Shown here one piece after another: positions 12,176-27,200 of a DNA stretch of 64,000 bases. Position numbers and translations under genes: made by a program. Position 1 is the first letter of the stretch; the number at the start of each line of letters is the position of its first letter. The stretch is from Octopus vulgaris (taxonomy: Eukaryota): positions 105,338,001-105,402,000 of the forward strand of contig OX597820.1 of assembly GCA_951406725.2 (NCBI GenBank). The letters are read 5' to 3'. Under the pieces are notes generated by a model, which saw nothing but the letters and a program-made list of their open reading frames with translations, was not told the origin of the DNA and did not search any database.

Positions 12176-12285
12176 TCCACCTTCGGAGACGATCTTTTCG
12201 ATATTTTTGAGTCGAAAGCTGATAATTCTAAAGTAACTGAAAAGAAAAATGAAGAAGAGAAAATATCGGTTGATGATACACAAAG
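12170..12285 (+). CDS. MTREX: MTR4 coding exon 1
   Basis: [16 protein letters not shown]..., resembles the metazoan MTR4 N-terminus (FGDELF-like); donor AG|gtaaga. Confidence 0.88.
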
Positions 12286-15200
12286 GTAAGATTCAACTTG
12301 ATAATGATTATTAAATAATATTCATATTTATGCGTTCTCATATTGTCACGTGTTGTACATGTCCCATTTTCCCCTTCGTCGTTTCAAGTACTAAAAATGT
12401 TAAATTTACTATAATTCTATTTTATACAAATTTGTAAAGTTTCAATAATTGTGTCTTATTAAACCGTCCATTTGACTTTCATATAGTCCGTTTCTAATCC
12501 GTTCGAAGCCGACCGATTAAACAGTTATCTAATGAAACGAAAATGAAAGAACAAATTTCTTTTCTGCCCTTATATAATGTTAAAAGAAAACTTTTTTTAA
12601 GAAATAATTTTTGATACAAAAATTAGCTCAAACGTAATTTTCAAGAAAATTCTTAATGGCCCCTTTCATTACTATTTGTGTACTTTGAAAGGGTATTAAA
12701 GCTTTTTTTGTATGTTGTTTTGTAACGAAAGCATTTTTCAAATTAAAATTGCCCTAGAATTTGTCGCGTGTATTTTTTATTTTTAGGTACATTTCGATTG
12801 CGTTTCAGAAGCTAGGAGGCCCATTTTTTGAAATACTAAACCCAGCACATATGGGTACCAAATAGAGATCCAAAGATTAAGAGCTTTTAAAGGATATTAG
12901 CTTAAAGTTTTTGTGAAATATCAGTTGATACAATCATTTCCCGTAGAGATAATCTTTTGTTTACTGTTTGTTTGTTTATAATGACTATTATACCATTAAA
13001 TGTTTCGTGTTTTTTTTTTGGCTTCTTGAATGTTTGACAAGTTCTTTTAATTACATGCTTTAAGAACTTTTAAAAAGTCTAATTTTTAATAGTTCTTCAT
13101 GCACAAGGCATTTTGTACATTTGCAAAGCAAGACTTCAAAAAATTGCCACTTACCAAACTGTAAAACTTCATTTCTGCGAGGTCGCTTTAAACATTGCTA
13201 CAAATTGCACAAATTTTTTACTTAGACTTTCTTCGACGGCTGGATATGATTTAATGAAAGTGCTACAATTGATGAAGGAATCCAAATTAATCTTTTAATA
13301 AACTTTCTGGTGTTCTGAAAGGGAAGAAAAAAGAAGATAGTCATAATGGCAAGAAAGGTTTGGTGTTTAAGATCCAACAAATTGATTTGGAACCATTGAA
13401 GTCATATTTGCGATTTCCTTTTGAGTTGTTGATTATCTTCACATTTTGTCAGATCCTTTCCCTTTTTTACTCAATGTCTGAAAAGTAGACTACATAACTT
13501 TAATATGTCCAGGCAAAAATTTGTTGAATGCACTACCTGTGTTGAATCAAGTCTTTGCAGAAGATTGCAAAGAAGCATTGGTTATTTGAAAATGTTATAC
13601 TTGACTCCCACAACTTGTGATGGTTGTGTAAAGTATCACACACTTGAAGTGAATGGAATCTTTGGGAAAAGGAATCCTGAGAAAAACTTGGGATGGAGTG
13701 GTGAAGACAAATTTCAAGATATTGCACCTCATAAAGATGATAAAAGGTTATGACATTTGGCAATGCTGAAGAAAACCTTTCCACTTGGGCAAACATGGTG
13801 AAATGCACATTAAAATTTGGATAATGGTGGAGATTTGGACTTTTATTTAGTTTATTCTTTCTAAGTCACCATCTGCTGCCCCTCTTGTCTTTTTAATATC
13901 TTCACTTATGTTGTCTGTCTCTTCTGTTTGCTACACTTGGCCACCTGCGTATTGTTCATATGTATTTCTCCAGTCACCATTGCCTGAGTAACAAGGGATT
14001 GCCATTCCTCAATACACCCCTCTGTTTACTTCCTGTACTACTAGCTGCCCTTTCCTCTCCTTCAGATCACTCTGTCATTGGTTTCAAATTTTGACACAAG
14101 GCTAGCAATTTCAGGGGAGGAGATAAGTCACTCCCCCCCTCACACACACACACAGTGCTCAACTGGTACTTATTTTATCGATTCCAAAAGGATGAAGGGC
14201 AAAATTGACATCAATGGAGCTTGAACTCAGAATGTGAAGACAGACCAAATGCTGCTTAGCATTTTACCTGGTGTGCTAACAATTTCGCCAGCTTGCCACC
14301 TGAAATTGACATCACTGTTTTACCATTGCTATCCCAACAACCTGTCACTTGCACTCTTTCTTGCCAGCAAACATAATTTCTAATTAGTGACTCACTTACT
14401 CTCTGTCATTACTCTCCCATTTCTCCTTCACCTTGCCTCAATCATACTGTTTTCCTCATTCATATTTACATGGTACATATACATCATCCAAAGACATAGC
14501 AATTTGTGAGACCATTTGAAGTGGCGGCTGACACCAGCTGTAGCTTGATTTGAATTAATAACTCTGTGATCATAAACACCATTATAATAAGTGTCAGTGA
14601 AAAAGTTTGTAAATTCTTAAAGTAATTAAATATTTCATAAAAATGATTGTGATTATTTGCATTAATTTAACTTATTCAGGGCTGAGGATTTACTCAGAAG
14701 TATCGTTAAAAAGCGAGAGATTGACAACCCTGATGTGATTAGTTCCAAGAAATTGAAATCTGACCATGAGGATTTTGCGTAAGTATTGAGTTTCTTCAAA
14801 CAATTTTGTAAAAATATCTGTAAACTTTTTACTCAATTTCATTTCTATCTTTTAAAACTGTTTCCCATGCTAACATGAATTGGGTAGCTTTTAAAAATTT
14901 AGATAAGCAGCAACATTTTAAATAGTTCTTGGGGGTATTTAAAACAAAAAGAACCCCTAAAAATAATGAATGTAAGGATTTGATCCACTTAACCTCATAG
15001 CTGTTGTTTATCATTAGTTCTAGGCAAAGCCATGGAGTTCAAGTTGGTAATATTTAGTATTTTACAGGAATCGGTGAAAATATACTGACTCCAACTAAAT
15101 GTAAAATATAATGTATTAAAATTTATAACTTCAAAAATACTAATTTGACTTTTTTTTTGTTTTATTTATTTCATCACTGGAAATAAATTAGATTTAAGGG

Positions 15201-18200
15201 TTTCTATGGAGGCAGATCTGGTTGAAGCAATTCTGTTTTTAAGATATCAACAAATTTTGGATTTAATTTCTATTCTGTAGATACTATGTTTTAATAAATT
15301 TGTACGGGTAAACTCAATCTTTTGCAAGGTGACTATTAGAGAGAGAATAGAGATAGAGGAACAGAAAAGGTGTTGAGTAGGTGTGTGAGAAATATTGTTG
15401 TAAAGTGTAGGTCTAGACAGCATAGTAGCCTTATTTTAAAATCTACATATAGTGTTTCTATAAGAGATGCTAAGTGGTACATTATATTTTATGTTCATGT
15501 TTTCTAACTTCATTTTTCCAATTTGTGTATGATGGCAGTAATGATTACAAACTCTTAAAACTGAACTTGATTTTAATTTTCTCTTTTTAGTGCAGCTGCA
15601 GAAGTTATGCCTCGTATCCAGGTCCACAAAGTTGAGACTTTGGAGTCTTGCACACATGAGGTAATACATTTTGTACAGTTAGATGATGTTCCCTTATTAT
15701 TTTTTGTTCATTTTTTTTGACAAGTCTTCAGTTCTTTAAGTTTTTTTTATCATTTGTCCCTATTAAGCAATGCTTTGTATACTTGAGTTCTCTTAGATTA
15801 TTTTTAACAACCTGGTCCAGTCCCTACCCTTTTTACCCAATTCATCAGTTTCTTGAAGATTATGTTCTGCGTGATACCTTGAGCAAGTATCATCTGTTGT
15901 AGCCCCAAGCCAATCAAACCTAGCAAGTGGATTTAGGAGATGGAAACTGAAAGAAGCTTGTTTATTCTTTGTTGCTCACAGGGGGCTAAACATAGAAGGG
16001 ACAAACAAAGACAGACAAAAAGATTAAGTCAATTACATTGACCCCAGTGCGTAACTGGTACTTATTTAATTGACCCCAAAAGAATGAAAGGCAAAGTCAA
16101 CCTTGGCAGAATTTGAACTCAGAACAAAAAGACAGATGAAATGCCTCTAAGCATTTCGCCTGGTGTGCTAACATTTCTGCCAGCTCGCCGCCTTATGAAA
16201 GAAGCTTGTTAATATATGTGTGTGTGTGTGTGTGTGTCTGCATGCACATATGTTTTTGTGTATTCTTGTTTTGACATCACATGATGGTTGTAAACAAGCA
16301 TCACCATAATACAAGTGGTGTTTTCAGTTTTCCATTAAAGACATATCTGGGCATATCTGGACAATATCTGGGAAATATTGAGGGTTGGTGACAGGAAGCA
16401 CATCTGGTTGTTGAAAATCTACCTCAACAAATTTCACCAGACCCATGCAAACATGAAAAAGTGGATGGTAAATGACGATGATGCCTTAAGTTTCTGTAGA
16501 GAAATTCTGTATTTTTTGCACTCCAATGTTGATACAGATTTTGAAGTACTAGCTACATGTGTGCATACACACAAACAGGCATGCTCTGCAACAATTTGAT
16601 AATCCTTCAATTGAGGCTTTCAACCTAAAATGTTAGTTTAATTTCTCTCGCAGCACACCAACATACACTTCTTTTGACTTTCTTTACCATTTAGTCTATG
16701 TTGCGGCAGCCTATCTTTGGCCTTACAGTATTTGTGATTCCTTTCTAAATTGATTTAATAAAACAGCTGGCTAGAGTTACGGCTCAAGACATGTTTTTGT
16801 CTTTTTACATAGCTTGCCACTTTATTTAATTCTTTTGATACTAACCTGCCCAAAGCCACTCCTGCTTCTTAGATACAATCCATCTTTCTATCAATATTTC
16901 CTGTTAAATTATGTCCCAAGCACCAGCTTAACAACAACAATTATTTTACTAAATATTTCATTATTTTTGTAATTAATTGCTAGAAAGATAATGTATTTCA
17001 ATAGAATTATGGTGAAAAAAGCATTAAAATACCAATTTGTTGAAATGCTCTTATTGAAAAATGCAATAGAGCATTACTTATTATCATTTAAATACTGCTA
17101 TTAATGGTTTTTTTTTTATCATGTATCTCAGCATTTAATTTATTACGACAGCTTCTTAAATGATTATGCTTTCATAATAACATTGAAAGTGTTTTAAATT
17201 TCTCTCTCTTTCTCTCTGTACAGGTTGCTCTACCTCCTGATGAAGAATTTGTTCCTTTGAAACCTCCTCCTGAAAAACCTGCTCAGGAATTTCCATTTAT
17301 TCTTGATCCATTCCAAAAGGAAGCACTTTTATGTTTAGAAAACAACCAGTCTGTATTGGTATCTGCACACACATCAGCTGGCAAAACAGTTGTTGCTGTG
17401 TAAGTATTACAGTTTGAGATCTCCTTAATTTACAGTACTTTTTTTTACAAGTGCATAAAAAATTTTAGATTAACAAAAATCATTAATTCCTTGACTTACA
17501 ATTATTTATTTGTAAGTTAGATGTTGAAATGTTTCATTCACAGGTATCCTTGAAATAAGCATTTGTCACCTACTAAGGTACTGTATTTGCTCATGTATAA
17601 GTTGTACACCTAATTTAGTGTTAAATCTTGGTATAAAATTTTCTGCCTTCATAGATATAGCTTTGCTCCATGTATTAATTTGCCTCACCCACTCCTCCAT
17701 GTTCTTCACTTAAATCAAGTATAAAATTTATCCCCACTTAAATGTGGACATTCTATTAGAACAAACTACAATGCAGTAGTTACCATGGGAGAAACTCCCA
17801 GATTGGCTTTTTGGTACAAAATATACTCTTGTTGTAATAGCATGGTATAGTTTGTTCTAAAAGAACCTCCATGTTAAGAGGGGATAAATATTACCTCTCA
17901 GTATTAATAGTGCCATTTAAGCACAAGTAAATACAATTATTTCAGTCAATTGCACTTACTACAAATTTGTAAACCTGTGCCAATATTGGAAATTGATGTT
18001 TAATCTGTAGCTTTTAACATATGGTAGAAATAACCCTGCTTTAGATTCCAACTGAAAAATAGAGATTTAGTGTGAGTAAATTTTCTAGATAGAACAGTTG
18101 GTCTGTTTTTGTTGGTGTCTGGCATTTAATCTTCACGATTGGATGGACTGAAGTATATGAAATTAAGTGCCCTGTCTGGAAACAACAAAATATTTTACGG

Positions 18201-21200
18201 TTGTGTGTGAGTTAAGAAAATGAGTGGGCATTAGAAATATGGGAGAGATATCGGCGTTGGTTTGGATATGCAGGGGGCTCTAAATTATTTTTCTTTACCT
18301 ATCACCATGTTTCACACTCCCCATGCACTGCCTAACTGTCTCCCCCCACCTCTTGCAACACTGTTGCAACCTATTCACTTACATGGCATCTCTCATCCTT
18401 CCTCTCTTTACTATATTGAGCATTATTATTCTGCTGCTGTTCACCCCCATCAACCATTCTCTACATTCATCTCTCGAGCCCACTTTAGAGTCGTCATTTA
18501 CTCTTCCTAACTCCCCTTATTCGTCACCATTTATTTTTCATTCATTATATTCAACCCCTCACCCTAACCCATCTGTCATCCTCCATACACTCTTACAGCC
18601 TCTACTCCACTTCTACTTTGAGGGTCCGCTCAGACACCTCATCATCACTATTTTTATCTCTTTTCAGCCCAGTCCCAATCACACCCATCTTTTCTACAAT
18701 GTGAGTAGCCATGTAGTTTCTCTACTGCAAGAAACCTGTTCTGCTATGGCTTCTTATTTCATACGTTAACCCCTCATCTAGCATAAAGCTGCTTCTTTTG
18801 GGGTTCCTAGTAATGCAAGCTGCATGGCAGCCTCACGAGTACTGGTGCCATGAAATATGCATTTAATAAATACTGTAAAATAGTTGGTGTTAGGAAGAGT
18901 ATCCAGCTGTAGAAACCATGCTAAAGAGCACATTGCAGTATAATGCAGTTTTTGGAAGCATTGGAGCCTGTTAAACCATCCAACCCATGCCAGCTTTGAA
19001 CATTTATGTTAAATTATGATAATGATCAGTGGTATAGCAGTTGAAGGATGGCTTAGGATGAAATTATTGTAAGCCAGAAATCAGAGCATTGAGCCTCAAA
19101 GAAAAGATGTAGGATTGAGATTCATGGTGAAATGCTGTATTTGCTGGTCCATCCAACCCAAACCAGATGGAAAAAATTATTATCATTGTCATTTAATGTC
19201 CATTTACCATGCTGGCATGGGTTGGATGGTTTCATGAGCTGGCAAGCTAGAAAGCTGCATCAGGTTTGACAGTGGAGTGGCAGCAACTACTACCATGTTT
19301 GTGTATGCTTTGATAAATTTATTCTTGTCTTCAGTTAGAATGAGAATTTATCAATTTATATTTCCAGCTATGCCATTGCAATGTCACTCCAAAAGAAGCA
19401 ACGTGTTATATACACATCTCCTATTAAAGCATTAAGCAACCAGAAATATCGAGAACTGTTTGAAGAGTTTCAAGATGTTGGTTTGATGACCGGAGATGTA
19501 ACTATCAACCCAACTGCTAGTTGCTTAGTCATGACAACTGAAGTAAGTTTCTTTAATTTGTTTTGTTTATTGCAGAAGCTCATTTACACTGAAGATTTAA
19601 TAGCTGTACAGAGAAATAATTTTGTTGTTATTTGTAGCTTAGTAACAATTGCAGTAGAGTAAGAAATCCTGTGAATTGAGTTAAAGTTTAATTTCGAGTT
19701 GAAATCTAAGTCTTTCAGAAAGTCATGAACATCATATTCCTAGGTCTTCAGAAAGTTGTTGACTAGCACTTAAGTTTGAAATTTTTATGATTTTAGTACA
19801 GCTGAAGCTAAGCTGTATCAACAGCCTTGTTTTAATTATTAGTTATTTCACATATATTGTTGTCCTTGACAAGGTGTCATCGTTTTACTTGCCTTCTGAA
19901 ATATTTCTGATGCCATACTACATAAGGTAAATTAAAACAACGTCTTGAAGTTCAGTTTTATCTTTTATACCTCTAGGTCAATGAACCAGAGAGAGATATT
20001 GAAGACACTTTAATTGTTGGCAGGTTATAAAATTTTTACTGCCTTGCAAATCATTTTTAACATATTAGGATCTGTTGTTTATTTTGGGTTAAATGTAATA
20101 CGATTCAAGTCAGATGGATATAACTTACAAAACAATCAAATTAACCCTTTTGATACTAACCTAATTGAGACCATTTCTGGTTTTTGTGTTTTAACATATT
20201 CATATCAAAATTAAAACTTTCCATTATGATGATAATTTTTATGTAAGAAGCTTGTTTTTCAAGTATTTTTATTAGAAATTTTATATATTTACATTTGAAA
20301 CAGCAATGAAATGTATAGGTTTTCTTGTCTGTTAGCTTATTCTCTGCATCTTCAAATGCTTTGACACTTCTTACCAATACATCTATATATCAGCTCTTTA
20401 TTTTTCTTTGTTAATTATAAACAATTACATTTTAATACTGACAAGCATTATAGTAATTACAATAACATTCTCTCCACAGATTTTGAGAAGTATGTTATAT
20501 CGAGGGTCAGAGATCATGAGAGAAGTTGCTTGGGTGATATTTGATGAGATTCATTATATGAGAGATAAAGGTGTGTTACTTTTATTATTGCTCTTTTTCC
20601 TTTGACTCAGTGATTTTGTTTGTTATCTTGCCTGTAATCCTGTTACAGCTCTCTCTCTCAATAATACTTTCTTCTATCATTTAAATTCCTTTTGTTTCTA
20701 TGCAGAACGAGGTGTTGTTTGGGAAGAAACCATTATTCTTCTTCCTGATAATGTACACTATGTATTTCTATCAGCCACTATCCCTAATGCACGACAATTT
20801 GCTGAGTGGATATGTCATCTTCATAACCAGGTAAGGGAAGAATTCTGGAAATATTTGAGATTGTATGTTGTCATGTTTATGGACCAATGTACTTATAGAT
20901 TAATTATCCTTATCATTTAATGTCCATGTTCCATGCTGTCTGGGTTGGACTAGCTGGCAGGATCTGATGGGTCCAGAGTCTGCATTATGCCCTGATGTCT
21001 GCTCCAGCATAATTTCTACAGTTGAAATTCCTAACATCAACTGCTTTACTGTGTCTACTGGGTCCCTCTTTTTTTTTTTTTTTTTCACATGACCACTAGT
21101 GAAGTCACTATGCAGCCTGCAAGACTAACATCCCCTTTGACTATGTGAAGTTTAGTAGAGAGGGAGGCAGATTTATGCTATGGGATAAAGGGTTAAGGTG

Positions 21201-24200
21201 AAAGAGAAAAGGCCAGAAGAGAACAAGTTTCTTATTGTAGGGGATTTACATAGCTATAGAAGAAGGGGTGGGAGTGGACAGTGGAACTGGAGAGAAAAAT
21301 AATGATGATAAGCTATCAGGGTGGACCTCAAGATATGTGGTGAGTGGAAGTGTGGGTGGGTAGCAGTTGTAGGAGATGGTGAATATTATGAACAAATGTT
21401 GAGGGATGATTAATAGGAGAGAAGAGGTGACTGACAGTGCAGAAAAGAGGGCGTAGTGGTGGTGTGAAGAATAGTGGAGAGAAGACAAGGAGTGAAAAAG
21501 AGAGGGAAATTCATATATGGTTGAGGAGTAGGTCGTAAGAGTGTGGGGGCGATGTAGTGAATGGAGAAGGAAGTGACTGATGGGTGGGAAGAGAAATAAT
21601 TTGGTGGATGAGGAAGGTGATCAATCTAAAATGTAGATGGAAAAGAAAGTGTTAAAGATGCATAACAGTGAAATGATTCCAGATGGTAAGAGGGGTAAGT
21701 GGTATTGGTGGGGAAGAACTGAAGTTTGCTTTTCTGCTCACATTTCACTACAACAGCAGACTAGTACATGGCAGTGGGAATGTTTTGAGTAGGAAAGGGA
21801 TAGGGGCAGTTGTACATTTATGAGTGAGTGCTGAAAAGTTCCTGGTTTTGGGTAAAAGAAAATACAAGAGGATCGGTTAATTATGATTTTATTCAACATA
21901 TTCCCTTCTCAGATTCACTCACTTACTACACCAGTCCTTCAGTTTTTCTAAGCTCAATGAAAGAACTCAGAAGGTTGGGCCTCCAACTAGGCCTTTCTCG
22001 ATACCCTTAAAGCCAGGAACTTTACAGCATATGCATACATAGATACACAATCTTACAGGATCTCAGTTTTTCCATGCTAGGCGAGTCTTTTCAAGAACTG
22101 CATGCTATGAGCCATCCTGGTACTTTGTCATCTTCTCAATGATGTTTATGGACATTTCTGTAGTGAACTCATTTTAATGTCAGAACATTTAAACATTGCT
22201 TTATTTTTAGTTTGGGCTTGATTTTGAAGTTCATCTTAGTAGTTGTTAATTTGATCACTCTGCCTCAACAAATTCCATGTGATCCATGCAAGCATAGAAA
22301 AATGGATGTTTAACCCTTTAGCATTCAGATTACTTACACTGTCAAAAGTATTGCTAATTTATTTACATTGTTTTCAGTTAATCGTGCATCGTCTCATAGC
22401 TTTGAGATATTCATGATGTGACTGTTTATTTTTAGAATGACATTGTAGGGTAGATGTGAGAGGCCAGATTTGAATGTTATCAACATAAAAAAAAAGTAAA
22501 ATATTTGGTCCTGATATGGCCAGCTTAAATGCTAAATTGTTAAGCGAGGTTAATGATGATGACAGTACAGATTGTAAACAGTACCAATTAATACTCACTC
22601 ACCTTCCTTTGTAACCCTCAGTTTTTCTATTACAACTAAATATTTTCATCTCTAATATGAAGTTTGTATTCGTACATTATTTTTTAGATATATGGGAAAT
22701 ATCCATACTATCTTTATCACTATTTATCCTTATGTGTGATATCAGATGCTTGATCTTAGCTCTTTGAACCAACTGGTCCAGGAACATATCATATGAATGT
22801 GAACATATAAATAGTTGAACTACAAGTGATCTGAATTACTTGATGAATTGAAATGCACATGACTTAGTGCTTAAGGTATTTGGTTCACAATCATTAAGCT
22901 ATGAGTTTGATTCCTGGTGGTGCATCGTGTCCTTGAGCAAAAAATTATTTTACATTGCTTCAGTCCACTCAGCTGGCAAAAATGAGTTGTACCTGTATTT
23001 CAAAAGGGCCGGCCAGCATTGTCACATTCTGTGTCTTGTTGAATCTCCCTGAAAACTATGTTGAGGATATGCATGTCTATGGAGTGCTCAGCCACTTGCA
23101 GGTTAATTTCACATGTAGGCTGTTCCATTAATTGAACCAACTGGAACACTCATCACAACCAACAGAGAGCCAGGCCACTCGATAAATTACTCTGTCAGAA
23201 ATCAATCATATTAAGCACCACTTCCACAGTAAAATTTTGTAAGAGATAGCAGAATCAAAATTAACAAATAACTAACTTTTGAATCCTTTTTTTTGACTCC
23301 TTATGGAAAATATGTCCCCAAACTTTCTATATTTGTATCTTTGTATTTTTTTTACAGCCATGTCATGTTGTTTACACTGATTATCGACCAACTCCATTGC
23401 AACATTACATCTTCCCTGCAGGTGGTGATGGCATTCATTTAGTGGTAGATGAGAATGTAAGTATGCCCCTGTTATAATGGTATTTTAAAGCTTAAAACAA
23501 ACACACACACAATGGTTTAACTGAATATTCTGTTTCCTTATATACATATGCCAGGGAGAATTTAGAGAAGAGAATTTTGCAACTGCCATGCAAGTTTTAC
23601 AAGAAGCTGGGGGAAACGCTCGAGGAGATATGGGACTTCGTGGAAGGAAAGGCAATGTCAGAGGTAAGTTAAATCTCTATATGGATGTGTGTGTATATAT
23701 ATATAATAGTTACTGGCATAGCTGTGTGGTTAAGAATTTTCAGGTTCACTCCTACTGCACTGCATCTTGCAGAATTATCTTCAACTATAGCCAACTGGTC
23801 AAACCAAAAGCCTTGTGAATGGGTTTGGTAGATGGAAACTAAAATAAGTCCATCATGTATGTGTGTGTGTGTTCATTCTTTGGTTGTAAGTAACACCTTC
23901 ACTAATGGTGTTATTTGCTTACATTCCCCTATGAATGCATATCTGAGCTTCTTGAGAAGTTGTGCAACAATTGTAAACAAAAAACGCTTATTTCAGTGTT
24001 ATTTCGTTTTGGTATTCCATGTAAACATGTGCAAGGTATTCTTTGATAGACAGAGATTATTATATCACTTGGAAATAGGTGGGGGATAGCAACAAGAAGG
24101 AAATCCGGTCAGAGAAAACTCTGTCTCATCATGGAAAAGTAGACATTAAAACAATGATGATGATTTTATATATATATATATAATCCCAATTTAATTTGTT

Positions 24201-27200
24201 TGAAGTTATTTAATAACAGTATTAGTTGGTGTTGAGCAACTTATTAAAAACATTTCCTTCTCATAAATCTTTTCTATTTGAATATATTAGTCCTTTGATG
24301 ACCATATTTTTAATGAATTACTCTGTTTAAATTAATTAAAAGGAATTAAGTGAAAAAGCAAAGGTTGTCATTATTAAGATAGATATATTTGGAACATATA
24401 ACTTGAAAAAGTTTTTTCATAAAATTATGGTGGAAAATTTTAGCTTAAATGTGCCTTAGCATGGAAAATGGACGTTAAACGATGATGATGATGATTGAGG
24501 GATTTTGTCATAGAAGTGGAGGCGGTCTCAGGTGGGTTGGTATCAGAAGGGTTAAAAACAAATCAAAACCTACAATTTCTCTTTTTTTTTTTTGTTGAAA
24601 CCTCAGATAATTCCAACTGCTACAAAATTGTGAAGATGATTATGGAAAGAAACTTTGCTCCTGTAATTGTGTTTAGTTTTAGCAAGAAGGATTGTGAAGC
24701 TTATGCTCTCCAACTGACCAAACTGGATTTTAACTCTGGTAAGTACCACATTGGTTTTCTTTTCATAATGGTGTGATATGTTACTAGTGAGCTAAATTTG
24801 TGACTAAATTTTGATTCTCAGTATAAGCTATTTTAACTTGATCCGCATTCATGAATGTGTTTGGAATAGGTAGGTAATGCTACAAATTCCAAATCTTTAT
24901 TAGATGTAAACCATAGATAATAATACCAATAAGTATGTTATTCTGTACAAATAATTATTAAGGTGAGCTCTTGTAAGATAAAATTGAAAGTTGGTCCAAA
25001 ATTTTGTGAAGATCTTCTGTGAGTGAAAATAGTTTAGGTATTGGATTTCTGAGTAATAAAGGAAAGACAAAAACAAAAAATATTTAAGTTACTGCTATGG
25101 CTATTGTTATATTCTCTTGCAAGCAGTTAAGATTATGGCTGTTTCCTCAACATTCTGTTGTGAAACATTTGCCTCAGCAAATCAAATAAAATCAGTTGCA
25201 GGGAAATATTTTCATTTAAATTTTCTGTATTTAGAATGATTTGCACTTGCCTAATTCAAAGCCATTGTCCTCAGCTAAATGAACTGTATGTGTTGGTCAT
25301 AGTATTTGAGAAACATATTTATTCTGCTGGCAAAGCAAATGCAAAAAAGCTGTTTGTATTATAGGATCATGAAGTCATATTTATTTCGCGTATGAAATTT
25401 AAAGAATTGAGTTCTTTATGAGCCCCTATAATAGTGGAACTGTTAAAACATTAATCAGTTGCTCTATAGAAACAAAATTTTCCAATATCTTAACTAAAGA
25501 AAGTGAAGCAGTTAAAAATGAATTGGTTCATGCTCACAAATACTTATGTTAAAAAAGAAAACAGCAAATAGGGAAGTAACAGAATATATAAAGCATAGGA
25601 AGTACTCATTTCAGTTCACTTGGATTTTGAGACCAAATTACAGCTTTTATTGGTAATATTATGTGCTTCACTAGGTTTCTATCTGGTGGATGATTTGTCC
25701 TTCAATCAGTTAATTATTTTGGAGCTATAACTAAATAATCTCTTTGTTATGCAGCATAAGAAAAATAGGGAGGTTCATTAACCTTCTAAATCCTGTTAGG
25801 AGAAGAGTGGTGAAGTAATTTCAATAAACAGCAGTGATCATGTTAAAGAGGCATTATTTGCTTAGCTCTATTCAATAATATAAAGTATTATTGAGTGTTA
25901 CAGTTTAGTTTTCTGGTATTGATTTTGAAATCCTTTTTTTTCAATTAAAGCCGAGGAAAAAAATTTAGTTGTGGAAGTGTTCAATAATGCCATTGACAGT
26001 TTGTCAGACAGTGACAAGAAATTGCCACAGGTCAGTATTGTTTTATTTTGTTTTAATTGACACAGTTGTGATAATAAAGAGGAATTTCATAATCATTTTT
26101 GGATTTTCAAGTAATGCCCTGTTGGCCCCTTCTCTACAAACATGTATTTTGTCTTACTATTTTCTCTGCTAAAATTCTATGGTTTTGTAAATACTTTATT
26201 TGCATATTTTTAACTGAAATGAATAGAAAACACCATGAATGCTATTTGGGTATTGAATTAACTGCCTTAGTGCTTTACTAATAATGCTTCTAGAACTTAA
26301 AATATTCAATCTTAGATAATTCCCATTACCCTTCATCTGTAGGATGTAGTCTATATACATCTAATCCAGTGCTTAACACATGGAAAAATGAAAAGCAATA
26401 TAGAGCCAGGTGAGATCTGAACTCAGAACTCAAAGTATAGTGAATTCTGATGTCCATTTCTCATTGATATAATATGTAATCTTTTTAATGCTAGCTGTCT
26501 CCATAACTTGCTTCCCCTCCACTCCTGGAATTCTGAGAAATCTCTAAGAAACAAGCAGTGAGAGATTAATTACTTGAATGTCACAAATATTATATAGAAT
26601 GCAGCTGCTCCTAACCATTGCCGTAGCATGACCAGTCAGTCACAGCAAATCACAGATAATCAAAGCCAATATCTCTACAAGTTAGTCTGTTGTTTGCTAC
26701 CAGTATGATGCATTCACAACTTAATTCTCGAAAGTTTCATCATGCACTGCCCATAAAAAAAACATCTTAAAAAGAGGATGCCACACTAAAAGTATGTCAG
26801 TTTGGCTAATAAGCTGAAAATGTTTTGAAATGATTTTTGTTCTTAAATAAATGTTATTAAATTTAGGAAGTTTTAATATTTACTGTGTATTTTGACATCA
26901 AACAACAATTTTATCATAGGATTAAAAGATATTTTTTGGTAACCTTTTCTTCTGACACAATATTTTCAGGTTGAAAATGTGCTTCCTTTACTGAAAAAGG
27001 GAATTGGAATCCATCATGGTGGTTTACTTCCTCTTTTGAAGGAGACCATTGAGATACTTTTTGCTGAAGGTCTCATCAAGGTTTGTATTTAAAGCTTAAT
27101 TTATATAATTTTTCTAATCAAAATACCAATATGTATAACATTTACACATCAGTATTTTAGTACTGCTTCTAACACAGATCAGTAAATAGTTATTGTTCAT

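Noticed and set aside
13440-13810. Coding-like stretch in intron 1
   Set aside because: No identifiable motif and not needed for the MTR4 reading frame; possibly an old transposon remnant but not supportable.
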